64,000 nucleotides of DNA. It comes from an uncultured Chthonomonadaceae bacterium. GTDB taxonomy: Bacteria; Armatimonadota; Chthonomonadetes; Chthonomonadales; Chthonomonadaceae. Positions 52,987 through 63,757 of the stretch are shown here, piece after piece. The stretch covers positions 32,001 through 96,000 of the forward strand of contig CAWFQB010000002.1 of the NCBI GenBank assembly GCA_963817895.1. The letters run 5' to 3'. The notes beneath the pieces are model-generated. The model was not told where the DNA came from and did no database searches. It worked only from the letters and a program-made list of their open reading frames with translations. How positions within the stretch are numbered: position 1 is the stretch's first letter; every line of letters begins with the position of its first letter. The position numbers were made by a program, and so were the translations under genes.

Positions 52987-53411
52987 AATGTTTCCTTGCC
53001 GGGTGGTCTACAAGCCTTTGTCTACAGGCTTTCGAGGAAAGCGCGTCTTTCGGACGCTGCTTTCAACGGCGTTCTAACGAATAATACTGCCATTCTGAAG
53101 AACGGATGGCGCAAAAGCATTACTGCCCAATGATGCTTTACTCTTCTAGTGTAGCCTAAAAACTCCGCAACAGGCAAGTGGGACTACTGATATTTACAAC
53201 ATTTCCAACGTTTTAGTTACAAGTTTAGTGAATTCACCTTAAAATTACGGGTAGAAATGCCACTCCTGAAGCGAATATACGGCAAAAGCGGGCAAGCTAC
53301 TAATGATTATGACATATTAGAAGGGAAATGCAGACGTGGCTCACAGGCGAAAGCGCTGCCGATGCGCGAACGGGGCGTGTGGTGTACAATACAGGTGAGG
53401 AGTCTCTTCTA

Positions 53412-54596
53412 ATGCCTGAACCTGTGCCGCCGCTCGCGATTTATGTTCATATTCCGTTTTGTGTCCGCCACTGCGCGTACTGTGACTTCAACACGTATGT
53501 GGAAAAGGCGCAAAGCGCGGTTGTTCACGCCACTGTGGAAGCGATTTGCAGGGACATCGCGCAGGCAAGTCAGGAACCCGGCGAAGCGATAACCGGTCAC
53601 CGCGTATTGGGCGAACGGCCTGTACGAACCATTTTTTTTGGCGGGGGGACGCCGACGTTTCTTGAAGGGGCGCAATTGGAACGGATTGTCCGCGCCATTG
53701 GCGACCATTTCGCGGTGTTGCCCGATGTGGAGATTTCCAGCGAAGCCAATCCGGGTTCGTCCGACGCGGCCCGCTTTGAACGGATGCGAGACGCAGGATT
53801 TACTCGCCTGAGCATCGGCGTACAATCCTTTGACGACGCGTTGCTTGTCGCGCTGGACCGTTTTCACACCGCGAACGAAGCCGAAAACGCCCTGTGCCTT
53901 GCGCGTCACGCCGGTTTTGATAACGTGAGCCTTGACCTGATGTTCGCTCTGCCCGGTCAAACAACGCCCTTATGGGAAGACTCATTGGAACGCGCTCTTG
54001 CGCTCGGCACAAAGCATCTGTCGCTGTACGCCCTCACTCTGGAAGCCGGGACGCGCTTTGAGCGGCTGTACGCGGGCGGCAAACTGGATTTGCCGGACGA
54101 GGATACGGAACTGGAGATGTATGAGCGCAGCATCTCCCTGTTGACCGAAGCGGGCTTCGAGCATTACGAGGTCAGCAATTTCGCCCGTCCCGGTTTTCGC
54201 TGCCGCCACAATCTCGTGTACTGGCACAACGAGGAATATCTCGGCATTGGACCGGGCGCGGTTTCCTATATCAGCGGGCGGCGATGGAAGCGCGAACGCC
54301 TGCCTGCCCGCTACATCCAAAAAGTAAACGCGCAAGCCGACCTTGCGGTGGAATCGGAACACCTGACGCCGGAAGCAACGCTGGGCGAGACCATTATGCT
54401 CGGCCTGCGCCTGCGCGACGGTCTGCCCCTGTCGCGCCTGCGTGACCGTTTCCATATTGACCCGCTTGCCCGCTTCGCGCCCCAACTGGAACGCCTGACG
54501 CGGCGCGGCCTGCTCACCCTCGAAGCCGATACCCTCCGCCTCACCCATCGCGGCCTGCTCCTCGCCAACGATGTCCTGAGCGAGTTTTTATTGTAA
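53412..54596 (+). CDS. hemW: Radical SAM heme chaperone
   Basis: YVHIPFCVRHCAYCDFN, FGGGTPT, YEVSNFA, HNLVYW (HNxxYW). Confidence 0.9.
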   Translation: MPEPVPPLAIYVHIPFCVRHCAYCDFNTYVEKAQSAVVHATVEAICRDIAQASQEPGEAITGHRVLGERPVRTIFFGGGTPTFLEGAQLERIVRAIGDHFAVLPDVEISSEANPGSSDAARFERMRDAGFTRLSIGVQSFDDALLVALDRFHTANEAENALCLARHAGFDNVSLDLMFALPGQTTPLWEDSLERALALGTKHLSLYALTLEAGTRFERLYAGGKLDLPDEDTELEMYERSISLLTEAGFEHYEVSNFARPGFRCRHNLVYWHNEEYLGIGPGAVSYISGRRWKRERLPARYIQKVNAQADLAVESEHLTPEATLGETIMLGLRLRDGLPLSRLRDRFHIDPLARFAPQLERLTRRGLLTLEADTLRLTHRGLLLANDVLSEFLL

Positions 54597-54776
54597 ATTC
54601 TTCACCACAGAGACACAGAGGGAATGAAGAAACAGAAAAAAGAGAACAGAATAGCAAACGTTTTCCATTCTTCTACAATACTGCCCATCCTGAAAAATCC
54701 TGTTAATCCTGTCTATTCTTCTCTTGTTCTTTCTCTGTGACCCCTCTGTGTCTCTGTGTCTCTGTGGTGAAGAATT
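54596..54776. repeat. MITE-like element with 25-bp perfect inverted ends and a nested AATCCTG repeat
   Basis: AATTCTTCACCACAGAGACACAGAG / CTCTGTGTCTCTGTGGTGAAGAATT; inner ATCCTGAAAAATCCTGTTAATCCTGTC. Confidence 0.8.
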
Positions 54777-54779
54777 CTC

Positions 54780-55676
<897 letters not shown>

Positions 55677-55772
55677 CTCGTCGCTCCTTCCAAACGCGAA
55701 AATGCCGTCACTCGCGCAACAGCGAAAGCAACGGCAGCCAGTGGGGAATGAATATTCCGGTGGCGGCGTTTG

Positions 55773-55860
55773 GTCGCTTCCCTCCGTCGGTATTATCCGA
55801 ATCAGGTAGTTCAGGGTTAGGCAGAATATGCCTTCTCAGCTTTGCAGCACCCCTAGCGGT
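55773..55860 (-). promoter_or_regulatory. TPP (thi-box) riboswitch
   Basis: Minus strand CGCTAGGGGTGC-TGCAAA-GCTGAGA-[AGGCA..TGCCT]-AACCCTGAACTACCTGATTCGGATAATACCGACGGAGGGAAGCG, with the diagnostic GGGGUGC, CUGAGA, ACCUGAU..AUAAUAC..GGGA and P1 CGCU/AGCG. Confidence 0.92.
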
Positions 55861-56091
55861 AGTTGTCAACGCGCTATTTGGTTGTGAAATCTCTGGAAAC
55901 GGTTTTGGCGTCTCAGCCTTTAGTCGTCTCTTAATAAATTGTACCTCACTTCGTCCGCATTGTAAAGAAAATTTGCCGTGAAATTCACGCGCAACGCGCA
56001 TAACTGCAAAGGCTGAACCGAGAGCGTCTGTATTTCCGTTGCGAAAGCGGGGATTTTAGCGGCTAATCGGCCATAAAAGCAAAGTTCCATC

Positions 56092-56121
56092 TTGACAGAA
56101 GGCGGTTGCCTGTGTTATCAT
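56092..56121 (+). promoter_or_regulatory. Sigma-70 promoter of tRNA-Asn
   Basis: TTGACA-N18-TATCAT with extended -10 TG. Confidence 0.7.
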
Positions 56122-56198
56122 ATTTACACCATCGGGAAGCGCGTTCCGATTCGTAAAACGCGGCTTCAAATGAACCCTGTGGCGTGTTTGCAAACTGA

Positions 56199-56270
56199 TC
56201 CCTGTTAGCTCAATGGCAGAGCGTTCGGCTGTTAACCGAAATGTTGATGGTTCGAGTCCATCACAGGGAG
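56199..56270 (+). tRNA. tRNA-Asn(GTT)
   Basis: TCCCTGT-TAGCTCAATGGCAGAGC-TTCGG CT GTT AA CCGAA-GATGGTTCGAGTCCATC-ACAGGGAG. Confidence 0.95.
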
Positions 56271-56374
56271 TACCAACTCCCTATCGGCATAGTTAATTTT
56301 CTACTTGATAATAAGGGTAGGAAAGGACACTATGCCGATTGTCGTTTAAGGACTTTGAAGAAGGATTTAAAGTG

Positions 56375-57610
56375 ATGATGGAACGGGTAAGTCTGGTTTC
56401 ATGCGCGTCTACCGCCTCGGACAGTGAGGTTGTCACGCGGGCGCAGGCGGCGATACAGCAGTTGGGCGATTATGGCAAAGGGTTGCGAAATGCCAGCTGC
56501 ATTGCCGTGAAAATCAACGTGGGCGGCCACCACCTCACGCTTACGGACGGCAAGCAGACGGAATTGACCGAACCGGCTGTGGTCGAGGGAGCCATACGCG
56601 CCATTCGGGATGTGACCGACGCGCCCGTTGTGATTGGCGACGGCACGACGGACGGCGACTCGTTTGGCCTGTATGCCCAATTGGGCTACCCGGAACGACT
56701 GGCAAAGTACGGCGGGGTCCGCCTTATAGACTTCAACCAGAGCGAACTGGTAGATGTCACGATGCCCCACGCGCAGGCGATGTTCCGCTCCTACAAAATG
56801 CCGCGCGAACTGACCGAGGCCGATGCGTTCGTTTCTCTTGCCAAGATGAAAGCGCATGTCAGTCTGGGCTGTACGCTGTGCATCAAGAACCTGTTCGGCT
56901 GGATGCCCATATCCGTTTACGGCGCGCCCCGCGAGTATCTGCACGACCGCCTGATACGCCTGCCCCGCGTTCTCGTGGATATGGCGATGTGGATGCGCCC
57001 CTGTCTCAATGTCGTGGACGGCATTGTCGCCGCCAACAAAAGCGAGTGGAACGGAACTCCGATGCGCCCCGGCGTGATTGTGGCGGGAACCAATTGCGTG
57101 GCGACGGACAGCGTTGGCGCGAGAGTGATGGGCTTCGACCCGAACGGCGATTATCCCGACCATCCCTACTTTTACCGCCGCAACGCCATTAAATTAGCCG
57201 CAGAAATGGGGTTGGGGCCGAACCGGGATGAAGATATTGAAGTCATTGGTCTTGCGCCGGAGGGATTGTGCGAACCGTTCCGGGTGGAAGCGCATGAGGG
57301 CGAAACGAACCGGGACGCGCAACTGCAAAAGGGGGCGGAGTGCGTGGCCCGCTATCGGGAACAGCAGGATAAACTCGCGCAAACGTATCGGCAGCAGTAT
57401 CTCGCGCTTTTGGATGGACAGGTGTTGTGGCGCGGGGTGGACATGCGGGCGATGCAGAAACAGCAGCAGGCAAGCGGGCGCGACTGGCACAATTCGCCGC
57501 AATTCATCGTTCGCTGCGTTCCCGTTGAAGAAGAGGTAGAGCAAATGGACTGGTACGGCGTGGAAGCCGAGTATGCCGCCAATCTCACCAGCGCAGCAGC
57601 AGTTTCTTAA
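56375..57610 (+). CDS. DUF362 family protein
   Basis: VKIN, TEPAVV, SLAKMKAH..TLCIKNLFG, NVVDGI, VATDSVGARVMGFDP. Confidence 0.85.
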   Translation: MMERVSLVSCASTASDSEVVTRAQAAIQQLGDYGKGLRNASCIAVKINVGGHHLTLTDGKQTELTEPAVVEGAIRAIRDVTDAPVVIGDGTTDGDSFGLYAQLGYPERLAKYGGVRLIDFNQSELVDVTMPHAQAMFRSYKMPRELTEADAFVSLAKMKAHVSLGCTLCIKNLFGWMPISVYGAPREYLHDRLIRLPRVLVDMAMWMRPCLNVVDGIVAANKSEWNGTPMRPGVIVAGTNCVATDSVGARVMGFDPNGDYPDHPYFYRRNAIKLAAEMGLGPNRDEDIEVIGLAPEGLCEPFRVEAHEGETNRDAQLQKGAECVARYREQQDKLAQTYRQQYLALLDGQVLWRGVDMRAMQKQQQASGRDWHNSPQFIVRCVPVEEEVEQMDWYGVEAEYAANLTSAAAVS

Positions 57611-58097
57611 CCTGAAAGACAGCCAATCCGGTCATATCCGTCCCCGGCTGATGCACCCATACGACTGGATAGAGAACGCGCGGAGGAGAAGCGGAGGGCG
57701 TTTCATGAACCACCTGCGTACTGGTCAAGGATGAGTTGGCGGCAATCTCGTCGTGATTGCAGACGATCACTTCGCGATTGCCGTTCACAAACCGGAACCA
57801 GGGCTTGCCGGTCGTGTCTTCCGTAAAGCCGAGCGGTAGCAGCTCCTTGCGAATCCCTGCCGCAATCTGCGTCGCGCTTCCCTTCATCCGCCCCGGCCCG
57901 TAGTAAAACCACCGCCCGCTGTGATCCCCCATCACCGAAATCGGATGATCTATAGTCTGCATAAATTGATAGGGAACATCCCCAGATGGCTTCAGCAGCA
58001 GAAACAACATGAGAAGCCCAATAACCCCGCCTGCTATCAGCAGCCAGGGCAGGAATCGAACCCGGCGGGGTTTACGGCTGGTTTCTTCCTGCATCAT
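57585..58097 (-). CDS. Hypothetical membrane-anchored protein
   Basis: RBS AGGAAGGA; N-terminal TM helix. Confidence 0.55.
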   Translation of the reverse strand: MMQEETSRKPRRVRFLPWLLIAGGVIGLLMLFLLLKPSGDVPYQFMQTIDHPISVMGDHSGRWFYYGPGRMKGSATQIAAGIRKELLPLGFTEDTTGKPWFRFVNGNREVIVCNHDEIAANSSLTSTQVVHETPSASPPRVLYPVVWVHQPGTDMTGLAVFQVKKLLLRW

Positions 58098-58464
58098 GCG
58101 GTTCCTTCCTGCTCGTTCTTTTCCGTTCTTTTCAGGGGCAACTTGCGTCACCAACTCCCGACAATCAACCCTTCTCTTGTTTTCAGCGCTTCCTCGCATC
58201 CCACGCTCAACGTCCGCATTTCAACCCTCCGACACTCTTCCAAAAGTCGGGATACATCTTCCAATTTGTAATGCGCGTGTTCCCAGGCGTACCATAGCCG
58301 CCCTAGCTGTGACAAATCCGCTATCGCGCCCTGAAAATTGTTGCAAAGGAATTTCCTATTCTACACATCGTAGAGTAGTAGAAAATTACTTCTAATTTCA
58401 GGAATAACTCAACAATGTGAATGGGATTTGCTGATCCACAGATTAGAAGTCAGGAATACGTACT

Positions 58465-60042
58465 ATGGCGATTGATTTCAATAATTTATCCTTGTCTACA
58501 ATCAATGAAATAACGGATGAACTCAGTAAAAGCTCTACATGCCTGATTGAGTTCCATCTTTCCAATGTGAATAGTACGCAGTATCACGGGGATATAGCGT
58601 CAGATTTTTTGGCCGCAATGTTTATATGCGAAACCATTGTATCCTTGTGTAGTCATTTTGACTACGAACTTCACGAGGAGAATTGGAAGTTCTATATTCG
58701 TTTCAAGGTAGCCCCGACTGAACCGGTATCTTTTGCTTCCAAGTTGTTATGGTTAGCTAATGGACTATGCCCATCAGATGAAGTAACAGATACCGATTTT
58801 GAACAGCAAGTTTTCGAATTTGTTCAAAACATCAGGTATAACGTCAAACACTGCCTGGATTTGGCGGATATCTATATGGCAAACCATGTCGCGGGACTGC
58901 ACGAATGGTATTCGGAGGATCCGGAAGGAGTTGAAGCGGCCTTTAACGAATTTCCAGAATACCGATTTCACTTTTGGAAGCCTTTCAGCATCAAACAGAA
59001 TGACATTTTAATGTCAAATGATGCTTGGATTGTTCCTTTTAACGTTGACATACATAGATTACTAAATGAATACGATGGCATATCTAAACTCGGCATAGCG
59101 TTCACTCACGCATTATTGGTTTCGCTCGGAGAAAAACAAGTGGTCATCACCAATGAAATTGCGCTTGCTTATCCGAAGAGGGAAATCGAAGAAGCGCAGC
59201 ATTGTGCCGAGTATATGTTAAAGCCCGATTACGAAGCGGATTCGTGGTCTTTACCCGATCTTCAATTTGCCATTGAACAGGATGCAGAAGTTCTTATTGC
59301 TTCGACTCCCCTCTATCAAATAGTTATTTTTGCAGGGAGGGGTGAATATGGAACCGCTGCTTCATTGTCACAGCCAAACATCAAAAATATTCTCGCCGCT
59401 GTTTTTGATGCTGAATGCAAATTAAAACGATTAAGCGGGGAAGAGCAGTTGCTTAATTTGGACTGGAAAAATCTTGATGATGGACAATTTGAAGACTTGT
59501 GTTATGAAATTTTAAACCGTAAGCACAGTCCAAATTTTATTCGTAAAATGGGGAAGTCGCGTTCACGTGATGGAGGACGAGATATAGAATACCAAATATC
59601 AGGACGACCTGGTACGTATCCGCAGAAGCAGAAATGGATTGTTCAGTGTAAATTGATAACAAACGGTTCTTCATTGGGAAGTAATCGTCTGAATGTCTCT
59701 GACACGATAGACCAATATGAAGCAAGCGGATATTGTGTTATGACTTCGACAGTTATTGATCCCACTCTATATGATAAGCTGGACGCGATTAGCAAAAACC
59801 GTCGAATCACCATAGAGGCATACTCTCGGTATGAGTTAGAACTTTTCCTGTCACGACATAAAGACATACTAAATAGATATTTTATTAAACGTCTGGTGCA
59901 AGTGCCTTCTCTGTTCTACAGAACTCGTAGTCGCTTTCTCTCCAATTTATGCAGTATGCGCTACTATGTCGTTTCATTACGGGTGAAGAAATCGCTGGCC
60001 TCGTCGTGGCAGTATTCGCCTTCGAACTTGTTGCATCCATGA
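58465..60042 (+). CDS. AT-rich protein with C-terminal Mrr-like restriction endonuclease domain
   Basis: LDDGQFEDLCYEIL..SRDGGRDIE..WIVQCK (D-QxK); N-terminal ~330 aa unrecognised. Confidence 0.8.
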   Translation: MAIDFNNLSLSTINEITDELSKSSTCLIEFHLSNVNSTQYHGDIASDFLAAMFICETIVSLCSHFDYELHEENWKFYIRFKVAPTEPVSFASKLLWLANGLCPSDEVTDTDFEQQVFEFVQNIRYNVKHCLDLADIYMANHVAGLHEWYSEDPEGVEAAFNEFPEYRFHFWKPFSIKQNDILMSNDAWIVPFNVDIHRLLNEYDGISKLGIAFTHALLVSLGEKQVVITNEIALAYPKREIEEAQHCAEYMLKPDYEADSWSLPDLQFAIEQDAEVLIASTPLYQIVIFAGRGEYGTAASLSQPNIKNILAAVFDAECKLKRLSGEEQLLNLDWKNLDDGQFEDLCYEILNRKHSPNFIRKMGKSRSRDGGRDIEYQISGRPGTYPQKQKWIVQCKLITNGSSLGSNRLNVSDTIDQYEASGYCVMTSTVIDPTLYDKLDAISKNRRITIEAYSRYELELFLSRHKDILNRYFIKRLVQVPSLFYRTRSRFLSNLCSMRYYVVSLRVKKSLASSWQYSPSNLLHP

Positions 60043-60103
60043 CAGCAGTGAACGAGGTGATCTATCTCATCATTGCCACTAATAGATAGCGGATAAAAAT
60101 GAT

Positions 60104-60595
60104 TTAGTCGTTGTTGGTGTTACCCTTGGAAGCGCGTCGCATTTGCGCCTGAAGATTTTCGATTTTGCGGGTCAACTGCTGGATTTTCTGGGAACTTGCT
60201 TGCTGCTCTGCCTGCGCTTCTTTGTCGCGCTGCTTGCGCCTTCGGTTTGCAATTAGAGCAGGGCGGTTTAGATGCAGATGGATAATATGAAATCTGCCTG
60301 TTTCAGTCAGGGCTTGCAGTCGTCCGTTTTTCAGTTCCGCAATATGCTCCGCCAATGCGTCACGCAAAGGATGAAGAATTCGCTCCGCGCTTCCCGGCTG
60401 CCAGTAATCTCCTTTGAACTGATTGCAGGCATTGCAGCAATAGACAAGATTATCGAGTTCGTCACTTCCATCGCGTGAACTCGGCTGAAAATGATCTACG
60501 GTCAGTTCGGCTCCGACATCGGTTTCATCAACGCCGCAGTAACCGCAACGGTACTGGTAGCGGGCGCGAACAGCCTCTCGTGTCCTTTTGCGCAC
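60104..60595 (-). CDS. HNH endonuclease with coiled-coil tail
   Basis: RCGYCG, TVDHFQP, NLVYCCNACNQFK, LTETGRFHI..LNRP. Confidence 0.9.
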   Translation of the reverse strand: MRKRTREAVRARYQYRCGYCGVDETDVGAELTVDHFQPSSRDGSDELDNLVYCCNACNQFKGDYWQPGSAERILHPLRDALAEHIAELKNGRLQALTETGRFHIIHLHLNRPALIANRRRKQRDKEAQAEQQASSQKIQQLTRKIENLQAQMRRASKGNTNND

Positions 60596-60937
60596 TTACA
60601 ACCCTGCTCCCACTTGCGACACTTGCTCCGCTAAAACACGCTTAACTTCCCTGTCAATAGATTGTTGTTCTTTTTGTGAGTCGGCAAGGAGGCGTTCCAT
60701 GCGGCGGATGATTGTTTGCTGGCGTCGCGCGAGATTTTTGAGGATGCGATTTTGCTCTTGTGTCCGGCGAATTTTGGCGTCAAGGCGTTGATTGGCAGGG
60801 CGCAGGTACGCGGCTTCTTCCGCTTCCAGTTCATGTATCATGCGGGCGAGTTCCGTCTTTTCCGGCGTGGTCAACTCCTGCCGCAGTTCACGGTTTCGCA
60901 GCTCTTGAAAGCGTTGTTTTTGCGTGTCATTCCACAT
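60596..60937 (-). CDS. Coiled-coil hypothetical protein abutting the HNH gene
   Basis: Its stop is directly adjacent to the HNH GTG start; E/Q/R-rich heptads. Confidence 0.65.
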   Translation of the reverse strand: MWNDTQKQRFQELRNRELRQELTTPEKTELARMIHELEAEEAAYLRPANQRLDAKIRRTQEQNRILKNLARRQQTIIRRMERLLADSQKEQQSIDREVKRVLAEQVSQVGAGL

Positions 60938-61073
60938 GGCGATTTCCCTTATCGCTATCATAATACAGTTCAAATCATAATAAAAGTCAATATGTCGGGC
61001 TACGCGCCTCACAGGTTTCTATCCCTGCATTGCGAATACCCTTATCCTTCAACCCTGTCAACTCTCAACCCAA

Positions 61074-62066
61074 TCAATGCGCGCCGCGTCCGGCATGGAA
61101 CAGGGCCAGCGCAGTGATGCACAGCAACAGGGTCACGCTGTAAATGAACCAGACGACCTGCTTTTGACTCCAGCCCAATTTCAACAGGCGGTGGTGCAGG
61201 TGACGCTGATCGGCAGCCGTCAGAGCCGCGCCATCCATTAAGCGGCGCGTCAGCACATGCGCGTAGTCGAAAATCGGGACGCCCAACACAAGTACCGGAA
61301 CCAGCACGGAAACCGCCGCCGCGCCCTTGAACGCGCCCATAATGGAAATCGCCGCAAGCGCCAGCCCCAATACCTGTGCGCCAATCGTTCCCATAATAAT
61401 TTTCGCGGGATAGTAGTTGTGCCGCAGAAAGCCCAGACACGCGCCCATGACCGCAGCGGCCAGCAGGGCCAGCGTCGGCCCGTCGTGGGAGCGCAACAGG
61501 GTCGCCATCAACGCGAGGGTTGCGGCGGAAATCGCGCACACGCCCGATGCCAGACCGTCCACGCCGTCAATCGCGTCCACGGTTTTCGTCACGGTAAACA
61601 CCCATATTATGGTCAGCACAACGGAGATGAGAGGCGTGAGTTCGTGCCATGTGCTGCTGCCCACGCCGAACGGGTTGGTGATGCCCTCGATGCGAACGCC
61701 GAACTTGACCAGAATCAGCGAAGCGACAATAATAGCAAGCGCCTGCCATTTGGCTGACAGGTCTTTGAAATCGTCAATCAGACTGGTAATGGCGATAAAC
61801 GTGGTGGCGAGGAGTACGCCCGTAACCTGCATCGTCCAGGTATGCTGTCCCGTGTTGACGTGCCGCACTCCGACCGTCAGCAGCACGGCCATAACAAAGC
61901 CAAGATAGATAGCAATGCCCCCGGCGCGCGGCTTCGGGTCCGTGTTGACGCGGCGTTCGCCCGGCATATCTATCGGGCCGCGCTTCAACACCCAGTCGCG
62001 CACATAGGGTGTCATTTTGGAAGTCAGGAACGCGGCCACAAACGCCGCAATGATTATGCCATACAT
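61074..62066 (-). CDS. MraY/WecA/TagO family polyprenyl-phosphate GlcNAc-1-P transferase
   Basis: PRAGGIAI, LIDD, IDGVDGL, PAKIIMG, ADQRHLHHRL; multiple TMs. Confidence 0.88.
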   Translation of the reverse strand: MYGIIIAAFVAAFLTSKMTPYVRDWVLKRGPIDMPGERRVNTDPKPRAGGIAIYLGFVMAVLLTVGVRHVNTGQHTWTMQVTGVLLATTFIAITSLIDDFKDLSAKWQALAIIVASLILVKFGVRIEGITNPFGVGSSTWHELTPLISVVLTIIWVFTVTKTVDAIDGVDGLASGVCAISAATLALMATLLRSHDGPTLALLAAAVMGACLGFLRHNYYPAKIIMGTIGAQVLGLALAAISIMGAFKGAAAVSVLVPVLVLGVPIFDYAHVLTRRLMDGAALTAADQRHLHHRLLKLGWSQKQVVWFIYSVTLLLCITALALFHAGRGAH

Positions 62067-62097
62067 CTCGGTTCCCCGATAATTCGCGGATTTCCGG

Positions 62098-62925
62098 CTA
62101 CTTGGCGCCCGGAGTGAGCAAATCCTTGACGCTTTTCTGCTCCGTCACGCCGCTCGAAGGCGTAAACACGAAGGTTTTATCATCCATTGGCGGGTTCGGT
62201 TTAGGATCAATTACGGAAGCGCGCATCATCAATGTTACCGCCAAACGCGCCTTGACCACTTTGCCGTCTTTTTGTTTTACCGGCTGCTGAAGCATGCCGG
62301 GAACACTCGCCTCTATCTTTTGCAGCAGGAAATTGGCTTTGTCAATCCACAGCGTCCAGCGCGCGCCCTTGCGCATAAACACGTTACCGGCGGCATACGC
62401 TGGCACCTCTCCCGTCCAGGCTCCGCTGACAATGGAAACGGGACGGCCATTCACGGTCCCGCTGCCCTGTATTTTGAGGTTGGTAAATTGCGCGGGCAGG
62501 GACGTGACGCTGAGAAAATAGAGGGGGTCGAGCATGCTGTCAATGCCCGCGCGTTCCCGCAGCAGGGGCAGCATTGCGGCCATATTGGGCGCGGTCGAGC
62601 CGGTCGAGTATTTCTTGAAATTGTCCAGATACACGATCATCTTGCCGCCATCGCTGTACACGGACGTGTCGCTGGAGCGCGAGGAGACGTTCAGCACTAT
62701 TTTGTTCGGGCGCTTATACTGCAAAAACGCCGAAACCGCGCTCAACGCCTTGCTGTTTTTGGCGGCGACGACGTTGACATCTGTGCTGAGTTTGCCCGAA
62801 TAAGAGTTCAAGTCGTGGTACGCTTTGAGGGTTTTGTCGAGCAGCGCTTTCGCGTCCTGCGCCTGCGCCCCGATGCCTGCCACGCACATCCACCCGATTA
62901 CCGCCATTCCTGCCAATCGCCGCAT
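62098..62925 (-). CDS. Secreted LolA-like / DUF2092 protein
   Basis: Signal peptide; YKRPNK, YSDG, LWIDK, FVFTP. Confidence 0.7.
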   Translation of the reverse strand: MRRLAGMAVIGWMCVAGIGAQAQDAKALLDKTLKAYHDLNSYSGKLSTDVNVVAAKNSKALSAVSAFLQYKRPNKIVLNVSSRSSDTSVYSDGGKMIVYLDNFKKYSTGSTAPNMAAMLPLLRERAGIDSMLDPLYFLSVTSLPAQFTNLKIQGSGTVNGRPVSIVSGAWTGEVPAYAAGNVFMRKGARWTLWIDKANFLLQKIEASVPGMLQQPVKQKDGKVVKARLAVTLMMRASVIDPKPNPPMDDKTFVFTPSSGVTEQKSVKDLLTPGAK

Positions 62926-63148
62926 TCTGTTATCCTTATTCCCGCCGCGTATTTTGCGCGGACGCGCGCTTGGAAGCCCCAACCCTGCAAATACACAGAG
63001 TAACGCATGTCCGCCAGTGTCATTCCAACGCAGTGTCCTTTTCAGTATAGCAGACAGCGTACTTCGCGTCAACAGGCGGCCCCGTTTTCCCACGAATTTC
63101 TGCGGTCAGCATTGTATAGACTGCCGGTAGATAGCCAATATAAGACTC

Positions 63149-63178
63149 TTGACGCTGTTCCTGATTAGCGCGTATACT
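63149..63178 (+). promoter_or_regulatory. Sigma-70 promoter of the DUF5678/TA cluster
   Basis: TTGACG-N18-TATACT. Confidence 0.65.
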
Positions 63179-63209
63179 AAGTTGATGATAATATCAGAGG
63201 AGTTACCTT

Positions 63210-63488
63210 ATGCCACATCCACGTTTTAGCAGTGAAGAGATTGAGCAGCGCGGCGAAGGTTTGTATGAGCGCAATATTCGGACACAGGCGCAAGATTCAT
63301 TCGACGGCAAGATTGTCGTGATTGATGTTGAAACAGGCGATTACGAGATTGCAGACACTACTTTACAGGGCGCGGACAGACTGCTGGCGAAGCGTCGTGA
63401 CGCGGCGCTCTATAGCCTGCGTATTGGTTACGATGCCGTATATAGTTTTGGCGGTTCCACGCTGAAGCGTAAGACTGAAGGCGCATAG
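63210..63488 (+). CDS. DUF5678-like small protein
   Basis: EEIEQRGEGLY..GKIVVIDVETGDYEI..LRIGY; paralogue of 21231-21497. Confidence 0.75.
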   Translation: MPHPRFSSEEIEQRGEGLYERNIRTQAQDSFDGKIVVIDVETGDYEIADTTLQGADRLLAKRRDAALYSLRIGYDAVYSFGGSTLKRKTEGA

Positions 63489-63523
63489 GAAGATTGCTGC
63501 TGAAAGCAGAAAAGAGGAAACAC

Positions 63524-63757
63524 ATGACTCTGACGATGGAGGGCGTTTATACACAGGGCAGAATTGAACTGCCTGCCCCGCCGCCGGGGGTTCGTGATGG
63601 ACGTGTTCTGGTGACATTGACGCAGGAAGAGGCTGCGCCTGCGCCCTGCTATCTGGTTCGGGGAAAATACAAGTCCGAGCGCATGTCCACGCTGGAAGAC
63701 TTTGCCGATGCGCAGTGGCATGGCGAAGAGGAATTCGACAATCAGTATGGCAAATGA
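63524..63757 (+). CDS. Antitoxin (AF2212/DUF104-like)
   Basis: TMEGVYTQGRIEL..PGV..RVLVTL; overlaps the downstream PIN gene. Confidence 0.65.
   Translation: MTLTMEGVYTQGRIELPAPPPGVRDGRVLVTLTQEEAAPAPCYLVRGKYKSERMSTLEDFADAQWHGEEEFDNQYGK

Noticed and set aside
56245..56340. Prophage or island attachment site at tRNA-Asn (or tRNA-Leu)
   Set aside because: No integrase and no second copy of either tRNA 3' end was seen; only a hairpin ATCGGCATAGT/ACTATGCCGAT follows tRNA-Asn.
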